A DNA stretch of 64,000 bases from Lysobacterales bacterium (GCA_016707485.1 JADJHN010000003.1:363770-427769), one strand, 5' to 3'; positions 18,748 through 29,382 are shown, counted from the first letter of the stretch. Notes: generated from the sequence alone by a model not told the origin. Made by a program: numbers and translations.

Positions 18748-19139
18748 TGCTTGATGCACAGATCACGGCGGCCATCATTGGCGTCGCCCTAGCCGGTGCC
18801 ATCCTTTATCTGGTGCGACGCGACCACCTGCACGGCCCGTTTGCGGCCTGGTGGCTGCTGGTGGCGGCGGCAACCCTGATTCTCGGCACGTTTCCGTCGC
18901 TGGTGATCTGGCTAGGCAAGCTGACCGGCATCAACTACGCGCCGGTATTGCCGATCATCATCGGCCTCGGCCTGGTGCTGCTGCGCTTGCTCAAGCTCGA
19001 TATCGACCGCTCCCGGCAGGAGCGCCGCATGCGCCGGCTTACCCAGAAACTGGCCATCCTCGAACAGGAAATCGAGCAGTTGCGCCATGGCCGGGCTGTG
19101 GCCGATCCGCTTGCCGAATCCCGCGACAAGCCGAATTGA
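18747..19139 (+). CDS. DUF2304-like small membrane protein
   Basis: Three hydrophobic segments, FPSL..WLGKLTGINY, coiled tail RRLTQKLAILE; coupled to the GT2 gene (TGATG), the usual context for this family. Confidence 0.75.
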   Translation: MLDAQITAAIIGVALAGAILYLVRRDHLHGPFAAWWLLVAAATLILGTFPSLVIWLGKLTGINYAPVLPIIIGLGLVLLRLLKLDIDRSRQERRMRRLTQKLAILEQEIEQLRHGRAVADPLAESRDKPN

Positions 19140-20296
19140 TGCGCATCCTGCATCTCGGCAAGTACTACGCGCCACAACGCGGCGGCATCGAACGACACCT
19201 GCAGGATCTGTGCGAGTGGTTTGCCGGACACGGGCATCAGGTGACCGCGCTCGTGCATCAGGCGGCCGGTTGCTGGCGCAGCTCGGTGGAGTCGATCCAC
19301 GAAGTTGATATCTGCCGGGTCGGCTGTGTCGCCGCGCCACTCTATGCACCGATCAGCCCGACTTTCCCGTTGCAGCTTGCGCGCCTGATCAAGCGCTTCA
19401 AGCCGCAGATCCTGCATCTGCACCTGCCCAACCCTTCGTGCTTCTGGGCCTTGCTGAGCCGGCGCGCGCGCGCCTTGCCGTGGATCGTGCACTGGCACGC
19501 CGACGTTTCGGCGGAGATGCCGGACTGGCGGGTGCGCGCGGCGTATCGCCTCTATCGCCCGTTCGAGCAGGCCGTGCTGGCCAGGGCGTCGGCCATTGTC
19601 GTCACCTCGCAGGCGTACCTCGACGCCAGCGGAGCACTGGCACGCTGGCGGGACAAGTGCACGGTGGTGCCACTGGGTATTGCCGAGGCCAACGGCGACA
19701 AGGGAACTGCGCCGATCTGGCCGCGTCCCGATCTTCTGCGCCTGCTCGCAGTGGGCCGATTGAGCCACTACAAGGGTTTCGCCGTCCTCCTCGACGCGCT
19801 CGCACGGACTCCGGTGGCGAGCCTGGTGCTGATCGGCCAAGGCGAGGAATCTGATCGGCTGCGTGCGCAGGTGGCACGCCTGGGCCTTGGCGATCGCGTT
19901 GCCATGGCTGGCGAATTGAGTGAAGCCGACCTGCTCGCAGCCTATGCAGCCGCCGATGCACTCGTGTTGCCCTCGCTGGATCGCAGCGAGGCGTTTGGCC
20001 TGGTCCTGCTGGAAGCAATGCGGGCGCGACTGGCGCTGGTCGCCAGCAACATTGCCGGCTCGGGCATTGGCCAGGTCATCGTCAATGAAATCAGTGGGTT
20101 GCTGGTGAAACCTGGCGATGTGGATGAGCTCGCCAAAGCCCTGTCGCGGATTTCCGACCCGCTCCTGCGCGCATCGCTGGCCGATGCCGGGCACCAGCGC
20201 TGGCGCGAACACTTCACCCTGGAGCAGTCGGCCCAGTCGGTTCTGGCGATTTACTTGCAACTGGCAGGTGCAGGTCGGCAAGCAGCACGGCAATGA
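19139..20296 (+). CDS. GT4 glycosyltransferase
   Basis: MRILHLGKYY..GGIE, AVGRLSHYKGF, EAFGLVLLEAM; TGATG overlap with the upstream gene. Confidence 0.9.
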   Translation: MRILHLGKYYAPQRGGIERHLQDLCEWFAGHGHQVTALVHQAAGCWRSSVESIHEVDICRVGCVAAPLYAPISPTFPLQLARLIKRFKPQILHLHLPNPSCFWALLSRRARALPWIVHWHADVSAEMPDWRVRAAYRLYRPFEQAVLARASAIVVTSQAYLDASGALARWRDKCTVVPLGIAEANGDKGTAPIWPRPDLLRLLAVGRLSHYKGFAVLLDALARTPVASLVLIGQGEESDRLRAQVARLGLGDRVAMAGELSEADLLAAYAAADALVLPSLDRSEAFGLVLLEAMRARLALVASNIAGSGIGQVIVNEISGLLVKPGDVDELAKALSRISDPLLRASLADAGHQRWREHFTLEQSAQSVLAIYLQLAGAGRQAARQ

Positions 20297-21656
20297 GGCT
20301 GAACAGCGCCGGCACTATGTGCAGCACCAGCCGGTTGGCGCTTGTGTAGTTTTCGGCCCAGGCCGCGGCATCGGTGAAGAAGAACAGGACAAACAGGAAC
20401 AACGCGCAGCCGGCAAGCAAGGAACCCAGAGACCGTGCGCAGCGGTCGTGCGCAAAGGCCGTCCAGCGCAAGGCGATAACCAGCGGCGTGGCGTACCAGA
20501 GCAGATGCCAGTTCGGCAGGGTCAGCAAGCCGGACAACATCGCCCCGCCGACCGGCCGCCAGTGCAGGTCCAGCGCACCGAGTGCCGGAATCACCACCTG
20601 CCCCCACGCCAGATGGACCCAGCCGAGGCCGAATATCGGCAGCGGGAATCCACCCACGGCGATGCCGACCGCGGCAAGGGAAACCAGCGTCACGGCCACC
20701 ATGCGGCGCGCGCGGCGCGAAAGCATGTCCAGTCCGACGACGAGGGCGAATATCAACAACCAGACCGCGCCTTCCAGCTTGATCAAGGGCAGGCTCAGCG
20801 CGAACACGACGGCGAGCAGCAATTGGCCGGGATTGCGCTGCCGCATCCAGCGCATCCAGCACAGCACCGCCATGCCGAAGGCGGCGGCAATCCAGAGGTC
20901 GGCATAGCCGGCCAGGGCCGCATGTGCATCGAGCAAGGGCAAGGACATGAGCGCATAGACCAGCACCATGGTCAGGCCGGGTCGAAGGCCCAACGCACGC
21001 CACTGGCCATAGCTCGCCAGGCCGATGGCGGCGAGCGCACCGACCCATACCGTGTTGACCAGGGGCTCGTTCCAGTCGCCGAGCGCACTGGCAAACCAAA
21101 TCTGCACCCATGCCAGCAACTCGGGGTAATCCCAGATGCCGGAGGTGCGCGTTTGCAGGTCCGACTGGGTCAGCCATTCCTGCATCGGCACATAGGGCAC
21201 GTGATGGCCCAGCAGGAACCAGGCCTTGGGCTTGACCGCCCAGGCAGCCCAGGCATCCCAGGGGAACGTGGGGCGCAACAGGGTTTCGCTGGCGATGACG
21301 CCGAGGCGCAGCAGTACTGCAATCAGCAGCAGGCACCAGAGCACGCGCCAGCCCATGCCTTCGGCCCTGGCAAAAAAAGCCGGCGCCCTTGCGGGTTCAC
21401 GAAAAACGACAACCGCCGTCCAGGCCAGCAGGCCGATGCCTGCCAGCCACGGCGCGCCGCGCGAAAATGCATGTGCGGTATCGGCCAAGGCGAGCACGCT
21501 GGACAGAACGGCAGCGAGAAAGACACCGACGAGAAAGCCAAGGCCGATTGCCGCGGCAAGATCGCCCGGCTCGCGCCGGCCCCGATTCACGGCAAGACAG
21601 ATTCCGCAACCCGTGACCCAGGGCAACAGCCAGGCGAGGAAGTACTGGACACTCAT
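20214..21656 (-). CDS. Multi-pass membrane protein, GT-C (ArnT/PMT-like) glycosyltransferase candidate
   Basis: About ten hydrophobic segments; loop motif PTFPWDAWAAW..KPK, DYPELL, GYADLW, IKLEG. Confidence 0.55.
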   Translation of the reverse strand: MSVQYFLAWLLPWVTGCGICLAVNRGRREPGDLAAAIGLGFLVGVFLAAVLSSVLALADTAHAFSRGAPWLAGIGLLAWTAVVVFREPARAPAFFARAEGMGWRVLWCLLLIAVLLRLGVIASETLLRPTFPWDAWAAWAVKPKAWFLLGHHVPYVPMQEWLTQSDLQTRTSGIWDYPELLAWVQIWFASALGDWNEPLVNTVWVGALAAIGLASYGQWRALGLRPGLTMVLVYALMSLPLLDAHAALAGYADLWIAAAFGMAVLCWMRWMRQRNPGQLLLAVVFALSLPLIKLEGAVWLLIFALVVGLDMLSRRARRMVAVTLVSLAAVGIAVGGFPLPIFGLGWVHLAWGQVVIPALGALDLHWRPVGGAMLSGLLTLPNWHLLWYATPLVIALRWTAFAHDRCARSLGSLLAGCALFLFVLFFFTDAAAWAENYTSANRLVLHIVPALFSLIAVLLADLHLPVASKSPEPTGPTAPG

Positions 21657-22834
21657 GGCGCCTCGCCCACGCGCAAGACCAGCAGTCGATCCCGACGCAG
21701 CAAAACCTCGCCGGTGAAGGTCAACCCACCGCCACGCAGTTGCCGGGTTTTCGGATCGTAGCTCCAGTCCGGCACGTCGTAGACAATGATGATGCTGCGA
21801 TCGGGCAGATGCACGGCGGGCGATAATTCCGCGGCCAGCACCAGCACGCCGACATTCATCGGCAGCAGGTGATAGATCATTCGCAAGGTGGCAAAACTCG
21901 ATGCCCCGTGCACGAGGATGCGCGAATTGGCCGGAAGGTCACGCAGATCCTGCTTCAGCGCCCGTGCCGTTTCGATGATGTCCTGATCGGCCGAATGCAA
22001 TTCGCGATCCGGCCAGTCGAACCCGGCGTACAGGCTTTGCGTGGCTGCATGTCGCCAGCTCAGGCCCGCCCCCCATTGCAGGTCCAGCAGGATCCAGCCA
22101 AGGAAGACGGAAACGACGCCCACGCGCAGCAAGGCGGCACCGCGCCAGCGCAGGATCAGCAGCGCGCCCATCACGACCAGGGCAATGAACAAGGCCAGGC
22201 AAAGCACCAGTGACTGCGCGCGCGGCGTATCGGTATCGCGACCGAGGGCATGCACCGAGCGCTGGCTCCACGGCCATTGGCCCAGCCAATCGGTTGCCAG
22301 CGCGGCAACGTCGCCAATCCAGGAACGTGAAGCGAGGCTGGCATCGACCAGGGTGAAGGGACGGAATCCCTGCATGGGCGGCACGATCTGCGGGGTCGGA
22401 TATTCGGCAAAGGCCAGCTCGGTGATCTGTCCGCGCCACTCGGGAACGGTGCCGAGATCAAACCAGGCGCTGCCATTGCCGGGCCAGGGCAAGGAAACGA
22501 CAGTCACATCCTCGTCGCCGGCGCGGCGGAAGACCAGCGACAACTCCAGCGTGTGCGGGAATTGCTCGAAGCGATAGCGCAGGATCGGATTCTCGTCGGC
22601 ATCGATTCCGTTGAGGACAACCGACTGCAGCGCCGTGCGGTTTTCGCCCACGGCACCAATGCGCAGGCGGGTTTCATCCTGGGCCGCGCCACCCATGACG
22701 ACGCGGAAATCGGAACCATCCCAATTCCGCATCTGGCTGGCAACGAACGGCGATGACGGCTGGATGCCCGCGGCCCAGCCGAGGATGCCGCCGAGGCCGA
22801 GCAGGACGAACAGTGCAAACAGCAATTTCCTCAT
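21653..22834 (-). CDS. Hypothetical membrane protein with an extracytoplasmic beta-rich domain
   Basis: N-terminal TM, soluble domain (WFDLGTVPEWRGQITEL), two further TMs; ATGA-type overlaps at both ends. Confidence 0.65.
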   Translation of the reverse strand: MRKLLFALFVLLGLGGILGWAAGIQPSSPFVASQMRNWDGSDFRVVMGGAAQDETRLRIGAVGENRTALQSVVLNGIDADENPILRYRFEQFPHTLELSLVFRRAGDEDVTVVSLPWPGNGSAWFDLGTVPEWRGQITELAFAEYPTPQIVPPMQGFRPFTLVDASLASRSWIGDVAALATDWLGQWPWSQRSVHALGRDTDTPRAQSLVLCLALFIALVVMGALLILRWRGAALLRVGVVSVFLGWILLDLQWGAGLSWRHAATQSLYAGFDWPDRELHSADQDIIETARALKQDLRDLPANSRILVHGASSFATLRMIYHLLPMNVGVLVLAAELSPAVHLPDRSIIIVYDVPDWSYDPKTRQLRGGGLTFTGEVLLRRDRLLVLRVGEAP

Positions 22835-23649
22835 GCGCCAAGGGTACCGAGGTGGGCGAGTTCGGCGCTGCTGAATCCGGCATCGCGGCGAGCTTCGATG
22901 TTGAACGGCCCGCGCAGGCTGCCATGCATGTGGCGATCCAGCAGTTCGGCAAATGTCGATTCGGGTTCGACACCCGCCTGCGCACAACACCAGCTGAACC
23001 AGCGTGATCCGGCGGCGACGTGCGCGACCTCCTCGCTCAGGATGACCTCGAGGATGTCGGCGCTGGCCGAGTCGCCGACAGCGCGCAGGCGCCGAATCAT
23101 TCCCGGCGTCACATCGAGGCCACGCGCTTCAAGCACGCGCGGCACGAGGGCCATGCGTTTGAGACAGGAATCCGCCGTGACCACCGCCATTTCCCAAAGC
23201 CCGTTGTGCGCATCGAAATCACCGTAGCGATAGCCCAGCTCGGCGAGTCGCCCGCTGAGCATCCGGAAATGACGCGCTTCATCATCGGCGACTGCAACCC
23301 AGTCGGAATAGAAATCTTCCGGCATGCCGCGAAAGCGCTGCACCGCATCCCAGGCCAGATTGATGGCGTTGAACTCGATATGGGCAATCGCATGAACCAG
23401 TGCCGCCCTGCCCTCCGCCGAGCCGAGTCCGCGCTGGGCAAGCTGGCGCGGTTCGACCAGATGCGGGCATGGCGGGCGTCCCGGCGTTTCGATGGGATCA
23501 AGGCAGCCATTATCAGCGGGAATCGAAAGGCTGCCGGCACGGAATGCCGCCGCGCTGGCACGGGTCAATGTCAGCTTCTGTTCGGGATCGCTCGCAGAAA
23601 GGCAACACTGCGCCGCTGCAAACAGGCAACTTGTCGGCACTGGAGTCAT
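22831..23649 (-). CDS. Ferritin-like DUF455 family protein
   Basis: LVHAIAHIEFNAINLAWDA, DEARHF, LVPRVLEARGLDVTP, EEVAHVAAGSRWF. Confidence 0.9.
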   Translation of the reverse strand: MTPVPTSCLFAAAQCCLSASDPEQKLTLTRASAAAFRAGSLSIPADNGCLDPIETPGRPPCPHLVEPRQLAQRGLGSAEGRAALVHAIAHIEFNAINLAWDAVQRFRGMPEDFYSDWVAVADDEARHFRMLSGRLAELGYRYGDFDAHNGLWEMAVVTADSCLKRMALVPRVLEARGLDVTPGMIRRLRAVGDSASADILEVILSEEVAHVAAGSRWFSWCCAQAGVEPESTFAELLDRHMHGSLRGPFNIEARRDAGFSSAELAHLGTLGA

Positions 23650-23747
23650 TCTGCCCTTTCCAAAAAAAACGGCTGATCGTCGTCAGCCGCTTGTGATTCT
23701 GACCGTTTAGACGGAAACCCGACAGCTATCCGGTCACGTAACGGCAA

Positions 23748-25226
23748 TCAGCCGGATTGACGGCGCTTGTCCTTGGCCTCGTCGGACCGTGAAAACTGGA
23801 GTTCGTCGAGGTAGGTAGGCTCGACGCCGGTGACGTACTCGCCGGAGAAACACGAGGCATCGAATTCATGCAGGTTGTCATTGCCTTCGGTGATCGCGGC
23901 GACAAGGTCGGGCAGATCCTGGTAGACCAGCCAGTCGGCACCCAGCAACTTCTCGATCTCCTGCTCGGTTCGCCCATGCGCGACCAGCTCGGCGGAAGTC
24001 GGCATGTCGATACCGTAGATATTCGGGTAACGCACCGGCGGCGCGGCCGAGGCAAAGTAGACATTGCGGGCACCCGCTTCGCGCGCCATCTGGATGATCT
24101 GCTTCGAGGTCGTGCCGCGCACGATCGAATCATCGACCAGCAGCACGTTCTTGTTGCGGAACTCGAGGCCGATGGCATTGAGTTTGCGGCGCACCGATTT
24201 CACGCGCTCGCTCTGCCCGGGCATGATGAACGTGCGGCCGACGTAGCGGTTCTTGACGAAGCCCTCGCGCATCGGCACACCCAGCGCCTGGGCCAGCGAC
24301 GATGCCGCCGTGCGCGCGGTATCCGGGATCGGGATCACGGCATCGATGCCATGCTCGGGTTTCAGCCGCGCGATCTTCGCCGCCAGACGCTCGCCCATGC
24401 GCAGGCGCGCCTTGTACACCGAGACATCCTCGATCATCGAATCCGGTCGCGCCAGGTAGACGTACTCGAAAATGCACGGCGTGTGCGTGGCTGCTTCGGC
24501 GCATTGGCGCGTGTGCAGCGTGCCATCCGGCGTGATCAGGATGCCCTCGCCCGGCGCGACATCGCGCAGCAGGCGAAAACCAAGGATGTCAAAGGCGACC
24601 GATTCCGAGGCAACGGCGTATTCCTTTCCCTGCGGGGTGTCGCGCTCGCCGAGCACGAGCGGGCGGATGCCATGTGGATCGCGGAAGGCGAGCAGGCCGT
24701 AACCGAGGACCACGGTGACCACGGCGTAGCCGCCGATGCAGCGGCCATGCACGCCGGCGACCGCCTTGAAGATGTTGTCGTGCGAGAGCGCCATGCGCTC
24801 CTGGATCTGCAATTCATGGGCGAGCACATTGAGCAGGAACTCGGAATCCGAATCGGTGTTGATGTGGCGGCGATCGTCCTCGAACATCTCGCGACGCAAG
24901 GTTTCGGTATTGACCAGGTTGCCGTTGTGCGCCAACGCGATGCCATACGGGGAGTTCACGTACAGCGGCTGCGCCTCGTTGCTGCCTTCCGATCCGGCAG
25001 TCGGATAACGGCAATGGCCGATGCCCAGGTTGCCGCGCAAGCCGAGCATGTTCTCGCGCTGGAAAACATCCTGGACCAGGCCATTGCCCTTGTGCAGGCG
25101 CAGGCGCGCGCCATCGACCGTGGCGATGCCAGCGGCATCCTGACCGCGATGCTGGAGCACGGTCAGTGCGTCATACAGGGCCGAGGCGACTTCCGACCTG
25201 CCGACAATTCCGATGATTCCACACAT
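23748..25226 (-). CDS. purF: Amidophosphoribosyltransferase
   Basis: MCGIIG N-terminal nucleophile, [24 protein letters not shown]. Confidence 0.98.
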   Translation of the reverse strand: MCGIIGIVGRSEVASALYDALTVLQHRGQDAAGIATVDGARLRLHKGNGLVQDVFQRENMLGLRGNLGIGHCRYPTAGSEGSNEAQPLYVNSPYGIALAHNGNLVNTETLRREMFEDDRRHINTDSDSEFLLNVLAHELQIQERMALSHDNIFKAVAGVHGRCIGGYAVVTVVLGYGLLAFRDPHGIRPLVLGERDTPQGKEYAVASESVAFDILGFRLLRDVAPGEGILITPDGTLHTRQCAEAATHTPCIFEYVYLARPDSMIEDVSVYKARLRMGERLAAKIARLKPEHGIDAVIPIPDTARTAASSLAQALGVPMREGFVKNRYVGRTFIMPGQSERVKSVRRKLNAIGLEFRNKNVLLVDDSIVRGTTSKQIIQMAREAGARNVYFASAAPPVRYPNIYGIDMPTSAELVAHGRTEQEIEKLLGADWLVYQDLPDLVAAITEGNDNLHEFDASCFSGEYVTGVEPTYLDELQFSRSDEAKDKRRQSG

Positions 25227-25233
25227 GATCAGT

Positions 25234-25812
25234 TCACTGCGAAGGTGAGGGTTGTGGCGGATCCTGCGCCACCGGCGCAGTCTGTTGGATCACTTTGGCA
25301 GCCGCCGCAGGAATGCCTGCCGTGGCCGGTTCAAGATATTTCGCTACCGCCTCGGGCAACAAGGTGGTCATCCAGCTCGCACTGCGCTCGAAGGTCGGCA
25401 GCAGGCGCGATTGCTGCCACCAGTCATCACGGATGACCGGCGTGAATTTCATCAGCACGATCACCAGCACGACCAGGGCGAAGCCACGGACCAGGCCAAA
25501 CACCATGCCGAGCAGGCGATCCGTGCCGGACAAGCCACTGCCGCTGACCAGCTTGCGCAACAGATAACTGACGATCGCACCGGCAATCAGCACCGCAACG
25601 AAGCACACTGCATAGCCAAGCATGACGCGCACCGACGGCACTGAGATGCTGGCGGAGAATTGCTCGGCCAGCACCGGGCCAAACATCCAGGCCACCCAGA
25701 ACGCGAGCACCCAGCACACCAGAGCCATGACTTCGCCGATGAAACCGCGCCACAGGCCAACCAGCACCGACAATGCCAGCGCCACGATGATTGCGTAGTC
25801 AAACCAGTTCAT
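25234..25812 (-). CDS. cvpA: Colicin V production protein
   Basis: [31 protein letters not shown]; sits between dedD and purF. Confidence 0.95.
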   Translation of the reverse strand: MNWFDYAIIVALALSVLVGLWRGFIGEVMALVCWVLAFWVAWMFGPVLAEQFSASISVPSVRVMLGYAVCFVAVLIAGAIVSYLLRKLVSGSGLSGTDRLLGMVFGLVRGFALVVLVIVLMKFTPVIRDDWWQQSRLLPTFERSASWMTTLLPEAVAKYLEPATAGIPAAAAKVIQQTAPVAQDPPQPSPSQ

Positions 25813-25821
25813 TGCCGCGAC

Positions 25822-26742
25822 TCAGGGCTGGCTGACGATCATGCCGTCCAGTTTCAGCTTGTCCTTGACGCGCTCGCGCAACTTCTCGGCATTCGCGCGA
25901 TCGACCTCGGGCCCGACCCGCACGCGCCAAAGTGTTTTTTCCTCGGCGTTGAAACGATCGACGAATCCGGCAAAACCGGCCACCCGCAGGCGACCGACAA
26001 GTTTGTTCGCATCCTCGGCGGTCGCGAATGCGCCCAATTGCACGGCCCAGCCGCCTGGCGTGGCGGCAGTCGCTGCGCCGGGCTGGGCATCGGCCTTCGC
26101 ATCACCGGCAACGCCGATCACGCTGCTCGGCACATCGCTGCGCACCTGCTTTATGCGGATGCGCGCGGCCTCGGCTTCGGCGCGATCGGCAAACGGGCCG
26201 ACGCGCACGCGTTGCGCCGGTTTGCCCTTGAAATCAACCTGTTCGGAAAATGCGGCAAAGCCGCTTTTCTTCAGTGCGGCAAGCAGATCCTTGGCATTGC
26301 CCTCGGCCGTGTACACGCCGAGATGCACCAGATAACGGCCTTCGGCAGCCTTGCCCGCCTGCAATTGCGCGTCGCCTGCCGGTTTGGGCGGTTCCACGAG
26401 CGGTGCTGGCGCAGCGGTTTTTTCCGGCGCGGGCTTGGCGCTGTCCGGACCTGCCGCATCAGGCAGTGCATCGACGCGCGGAGGAACCTTGGTGTCGACG
26501 GTCGCCAGCGGCTCGGGGGCCGCTACCGTCTGCGCCGGAAGGCTCGCGGCGGGTTCATTGGCACCATCCACCGCCAGCACGCGCGTCTCGAACTCGCGCG
26601 TAGGCACCGGTGGAATCTCCAGGTTGGCGGTGACCGAATCGGAATTCGGCGCCTTGCCGCTGAACAGCATCGGCAGGAAGATGATCGCCAGCGCAATCAG
26701 GACGACGGCACCAAGCAGGCGTTGTTTCAATGCGGGATCCAT
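25822..26742 (-). CDS. dedD: SPOR-domain cell division protein
   Basis: LKQRLLGAVVLIALAIIFLPML; two SPOR domains (WAVQLGAF...RVRVGP); canonical folC-dedD-cvpA-purF order. Confidence 0.85.
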   Translation of the reverse strand: MDPALKQRLLGAVVLIALAIIFLPMLFSGKAPNSDSVTANLEIPPVPTREFETRVLAVDGANEPAASLPAQTVAAPEPLATVDTKVPPRVDALPDAAGPDSAKPAPEKTAAPAPLVEPPKPAGDAQLQAGKAAEGRYLVHLGVYTAEGNAKDLLAALKKSGFAAFSEQVDFKGKPAQRVRVGPFADRAEAEAARIRIKQVRSDVPSSVIGVAGDAKADAQPGAATAATPGGWAVQLGAFATAEDANKLVGRLRVAGFAGFVDRFNAEEKTLWRVRVGPEVDRANAEKLRERVKDKLKLDGMIVSQP

Positions 26743-26800
26743 GGGCGTGGGTGCGCTTACGAGTCGGGGTGATTATACCCGTCCATCGCAAGCGATACGT

Positions 26801-28093
26801 TCAAGCGGTGTTGGCCGTGCGCTTGCCCACGGCATCCATGACGGCCGCGGCGACCAGGAACGATCCAAAGGCGACGATGCGATCGCCATCCCGAGCCAGG
26901 TCGATGGCGCCTGCGAGCGCCGCGGCGACATTGGCGTGACAACGATCGGCAGCGGTTTCGACGAGAACGCCGATGCGCGCCCGCAAGGCGCTGGCTGCGA
27001 GACCGCGCGCGCTGGCGGCATCAAGGCCGGCCAGCACCCAACAATCGATGTGGGGTCGCAAGGGATCGACAATGCCTTCGATATCCTTGTCAGCAAGGGC
27101 ACCGAATACCGCAAGCGTGCGCCCGCGCGACGGATTCGCCTGCAGCCAGTCGGCGAGCACACGTGCGGCCTGCGGATTGTGCGCGACATCGACGATCAAC
27201 TCGGGCGATCCGGCAAATCGTTGCAGGCGTGCCGCTGCCGTCGCCCCGGCAATGCCCTGTCCGATGGCCTGCGCTTGCCAGTCGATGCGCCCGCGCAGGG
27301 CATGCAAGGCGGCGATGGCCGCCGCCGCATTGGCGTGCTGGCACGGTGCCTCGAGGCGAGGTTCAGGCAAGTCGAGGGTGATGTCCCCGGCCAACCAGCG
27401 CCACCCGTTTGCCAATGCCTCGAAGCGATAGTCCAGCCCTGCCCTGAGCAGGTTCGCGCCGATGTCTTGCGCCTGCTCGAGCAAACTTTGCGGAGGCTCG
27501 GTCTCGCCCACGATCGCCGGCTTTCCGCGGCGGAAAATGCCGGCCTTTTCGCGGCCAATGAGTTCGCGGTCACTGCCGAGCCAATCCTGATGATCGAGTT
27601 CCACCGTGGTCACGATCGCGGCATCGGCATCGATGATGTTGACGGCATCGAGGCGGCCACCCAGGCCGACTTCCAGGATCGCGACATCGAGATCCGAGTC
27701 GGCAAATATGAGCAAGGCAGCCAGCGCGCCGAATTCGAAATAGGTCAGCGCGGTGTCTCCGCGGACCGCTTCGATGCGATCGAATGCGGCGATCAGCGTC
27801 GCGTCATTTGCATCCACGCCCTGCACGCGGACGCGCTCGTTGTAGCGCAACAGATGCGGCGAGGTGAAGGCCCCTACACGCTGGCCACCGGCGCGCAGGA
27901 TCGCTTCCAGAAAGGCCACCGTGGAGCCCTTGCCATTGGTGCCGCCGACGGTGATCACGATCCTTGCCGGCGCCGGTGCACCAAGGCGTTGCCAGACGGC
28001 ACGCACGCGATCGAGGCCAAGCTCGATTTCGCGAGAATGCAGGCGCAACTGCCATTGCAGCCATTGCTCCAGGGATTGCGGAGGCGTCGCCAC
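26801..28093 (-). CDS. folC: Dihydrofolate/folylpolyglutamate synthase
   Basis: VGGTNGKGS, FTSPHL, EVGLGGRLDAVN, LDHQDWLG, DVAHNP. Confidence 0.97.
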   Translation of the reverse strand: MATPPQSLEQWLQWQLRLHSREIELGLDRVRAVWQRLGAPAPARIVITVGGTNGKGSTVAFLEAILRAGGQRVGAFTSPHLLRYNERVRVQGVDANDATLIAAFDRIEAVRGDTALTYFEFGALAALLIFADSDLDVAILEVGLGGRLDAVNIIDADAAIVTTVELDHQDWLGSDRELIGREKAGIFRRGKPAIVGETEPPQSLLEQAQDIGANLLRAGLDYRFEALANGWRWLAGDITLDLPEPRLEAPCQHANAAAAIAALHALRGRIDWQAQAIGQGIAGATAAARLQRFAGSPELIVDVAHNPQAARVLADWLQANPSRGRTLAVFGALADKDIEGIVDPLRPHIDCWVLAGLDAASARGLAASALRARIGVLVETAADRCHANVAAALAGAIDLARDGDRIVAFGSFLVAAAVMDAVGKRTANTA

Positions 28094-28111
28094 GACTTTC
28101 CGGACTTGCCC

Positions 28112-28759
28112 TCAGCGCATGAGGATGCGGCGCGGCTTCAGCGGCAGACGTCCGCGCCAGTACTGGATGATGACGAAGCCCGCCGCCATGCCTCCAAGAT
28201 GGGCGAAATGGGCGACGCCCGCCTGCGTTCCGGTGACGCCGAGAAAAAGCTCGATGGCGCCGTAGGCAGTAACGAACAGCCACGCCGGCATGGGAATTGG
28301 CGGGAACAGCAACATCAGGCGCTGGTGCGGAAACATCATGCCGAACGCCAGCAGCAGGCCGAACACGCCGCCCGAGGCGCCGAGGGTCGGATAGATGCCA
28401 CCGGTGAAGTAGCGCACCACGATCAACTGTGCCACGGCGGCACCCACCACGCAGGCGAGATAGTAGGTTGCAAAAGGGCGCGAGCCGAAAAGGCGTTCGA
28501 TGGCACCACCAAACATCCACAGCGCAAGCATGTTGAAAAACAGATGGGGGAGGCCGCCATGCAGGAATCCATAGCTGACCAGTTGCCAGATGCCGAAGGC
28601 AACCCGGGTTCCGTCCGGCCCGGCAAGGTCGGTGCCAAGGGGCCACAAGGCGAAATGCATGATCATCGGATCGGGAATCAACTGCTGCAAGCCGAAGATT
28701 GCAAGGTTGGCAATCAACAGTGCGCGGGTGACTGGCGGCAGATCAATGGGCATCGGCAT
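28112..28759 (-). CDS. Rhomboid intramembrane serine protease
   Basis: FLHGG..HLFFNM, GASGG (Ser), AHLGG (His). Confidence 0.93.
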   Translation of the reverse strand: MPMPIDLPPVTRALLIANLAIFGLQQLIPDPMIMHFALWPLGTDLAGPDGTRVAFGIWQLVSYGFLHGGLPHLFFNMLALWMFGGAIERLFGSRPFATYYLACVVGAAVAQLIVVRYFTGGIYPTLGASGGVFGLLLAFGMMFPHQRLMLLFPPIPMPAWLFVTAYGAIELFLGVTGTQAGVAHFAHLGGMAAGFVIIQYWRGRLPLKPRRILMR

Positions 28760-28818
28760 TCCTGAAGGCAGACGGATTCAAGGCGAATCCAGCGAAATCG
28801 TGGCGGCGGTGCCGGGAT

Positions 28819-29181
28819 TCAAGCATCTGTCGGAGCCCACAGTTCGGCGTCGAGGTCGCGTTGCCAGCCGAAACGCCGCAGATCGACGCGACGACCAGCC
28901 ATCTCGACACCTTCGCGCGACAAGCGACGGCGCTGTTCGATGAAAGCGACACTGCCTGGCGCGAAGGCGAGACAGCCATCCGCGCGGACGACGCGATGCC
29001 ACGGCAAGGCGAGGCTTGCGTCGGCCTCGCGCAACACGCGCCCGACCAGGCGCGCGCGACGCGGCAATCCGGCCCGCGCCGCGATCTCGCCATAGCTGGC
29101 AACACGGCCCCGCGGAATCGACTGGATCACCCGACAGATTCCAGGATGAGGACAACCAAACGGGATTTCCCCGTCCTTCAT
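28819..29181 (-). CDS. MGMT/ATL-family alkylated-base binding protein; start uncertain
   Basis: IPRGRVASYGEIA, ARLVG, LPWHRVV; Trp in place of the catalytic Cys indicates the alkyltransferase-like type. Confidence 0.85.
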   Translation of the reverse strand: MKDGEIPFGCPHPGICRVIQSIPRGRVASYGEIAARAGLPRRARLVGRVLREADASLALPWHRVVRADGCLAFAPGSVAFIEQRRRLSREGVEMAGRRVDLRRFGWQRDLDAELWAPTDA

Positions 29182-29232
29182 CACCAGGCCAGGCCCGGAC
29201 CACCCATGCATACTCCACGCAACGCGCAGGAT

Positions 29233-29330
29233 GGGGGTCCCCGCGCGGGGCGGGGGAAAAGGGCGGGGGGCCCCCCCCGGCGGGGGGGGGGGGGGGGCCG
29301 GCGCCCGGGCGGGGGGGGGGGGGGGGGGGG
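29233..29330. other. G/C homopolymer tract, probable sequencing/assembly artefact
   Basis: Runs of more than 15 G interleaved with C runs, unlike the flanking DNA. Confidence 0.6.
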
Positions 29331-29382
29331 TTCTAGGACGACCGGGCTAGCATGCTGCAAACGTGACCTCCGGGAGAATACC

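Noticed and set aside
28112-28759. Rhomboid as the sortase for the C-terminal tags
   Set aside because: It is a generic rhomboid in the housekeeping folC neighbourhood. The PVxLxxF and IFxxGFE tails have no TM helix for a rhomboid to cut.
26351-28765. 804-aa plus-strand ORF and many other long antisense ORFs (e.g. 2577-3731, 23868-25436, 34813-36357, 57662-59596)
   Set aside because: They shadow well-supported genes on the opposite strand, are Arg/Ala/Gly-rich and motif-free, and are expected in high-GC DNA.
29233-29330. Poly-G tracts (also 12880-12958) as functional G-quadruplexes or phase-variation switches
   Set aside because: Irregular G/C runs in intergenic GC-rich hairpin contexts look like base-calling dropout, and other lesions in the window point to assembly error. 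Cannot be settled without reads.
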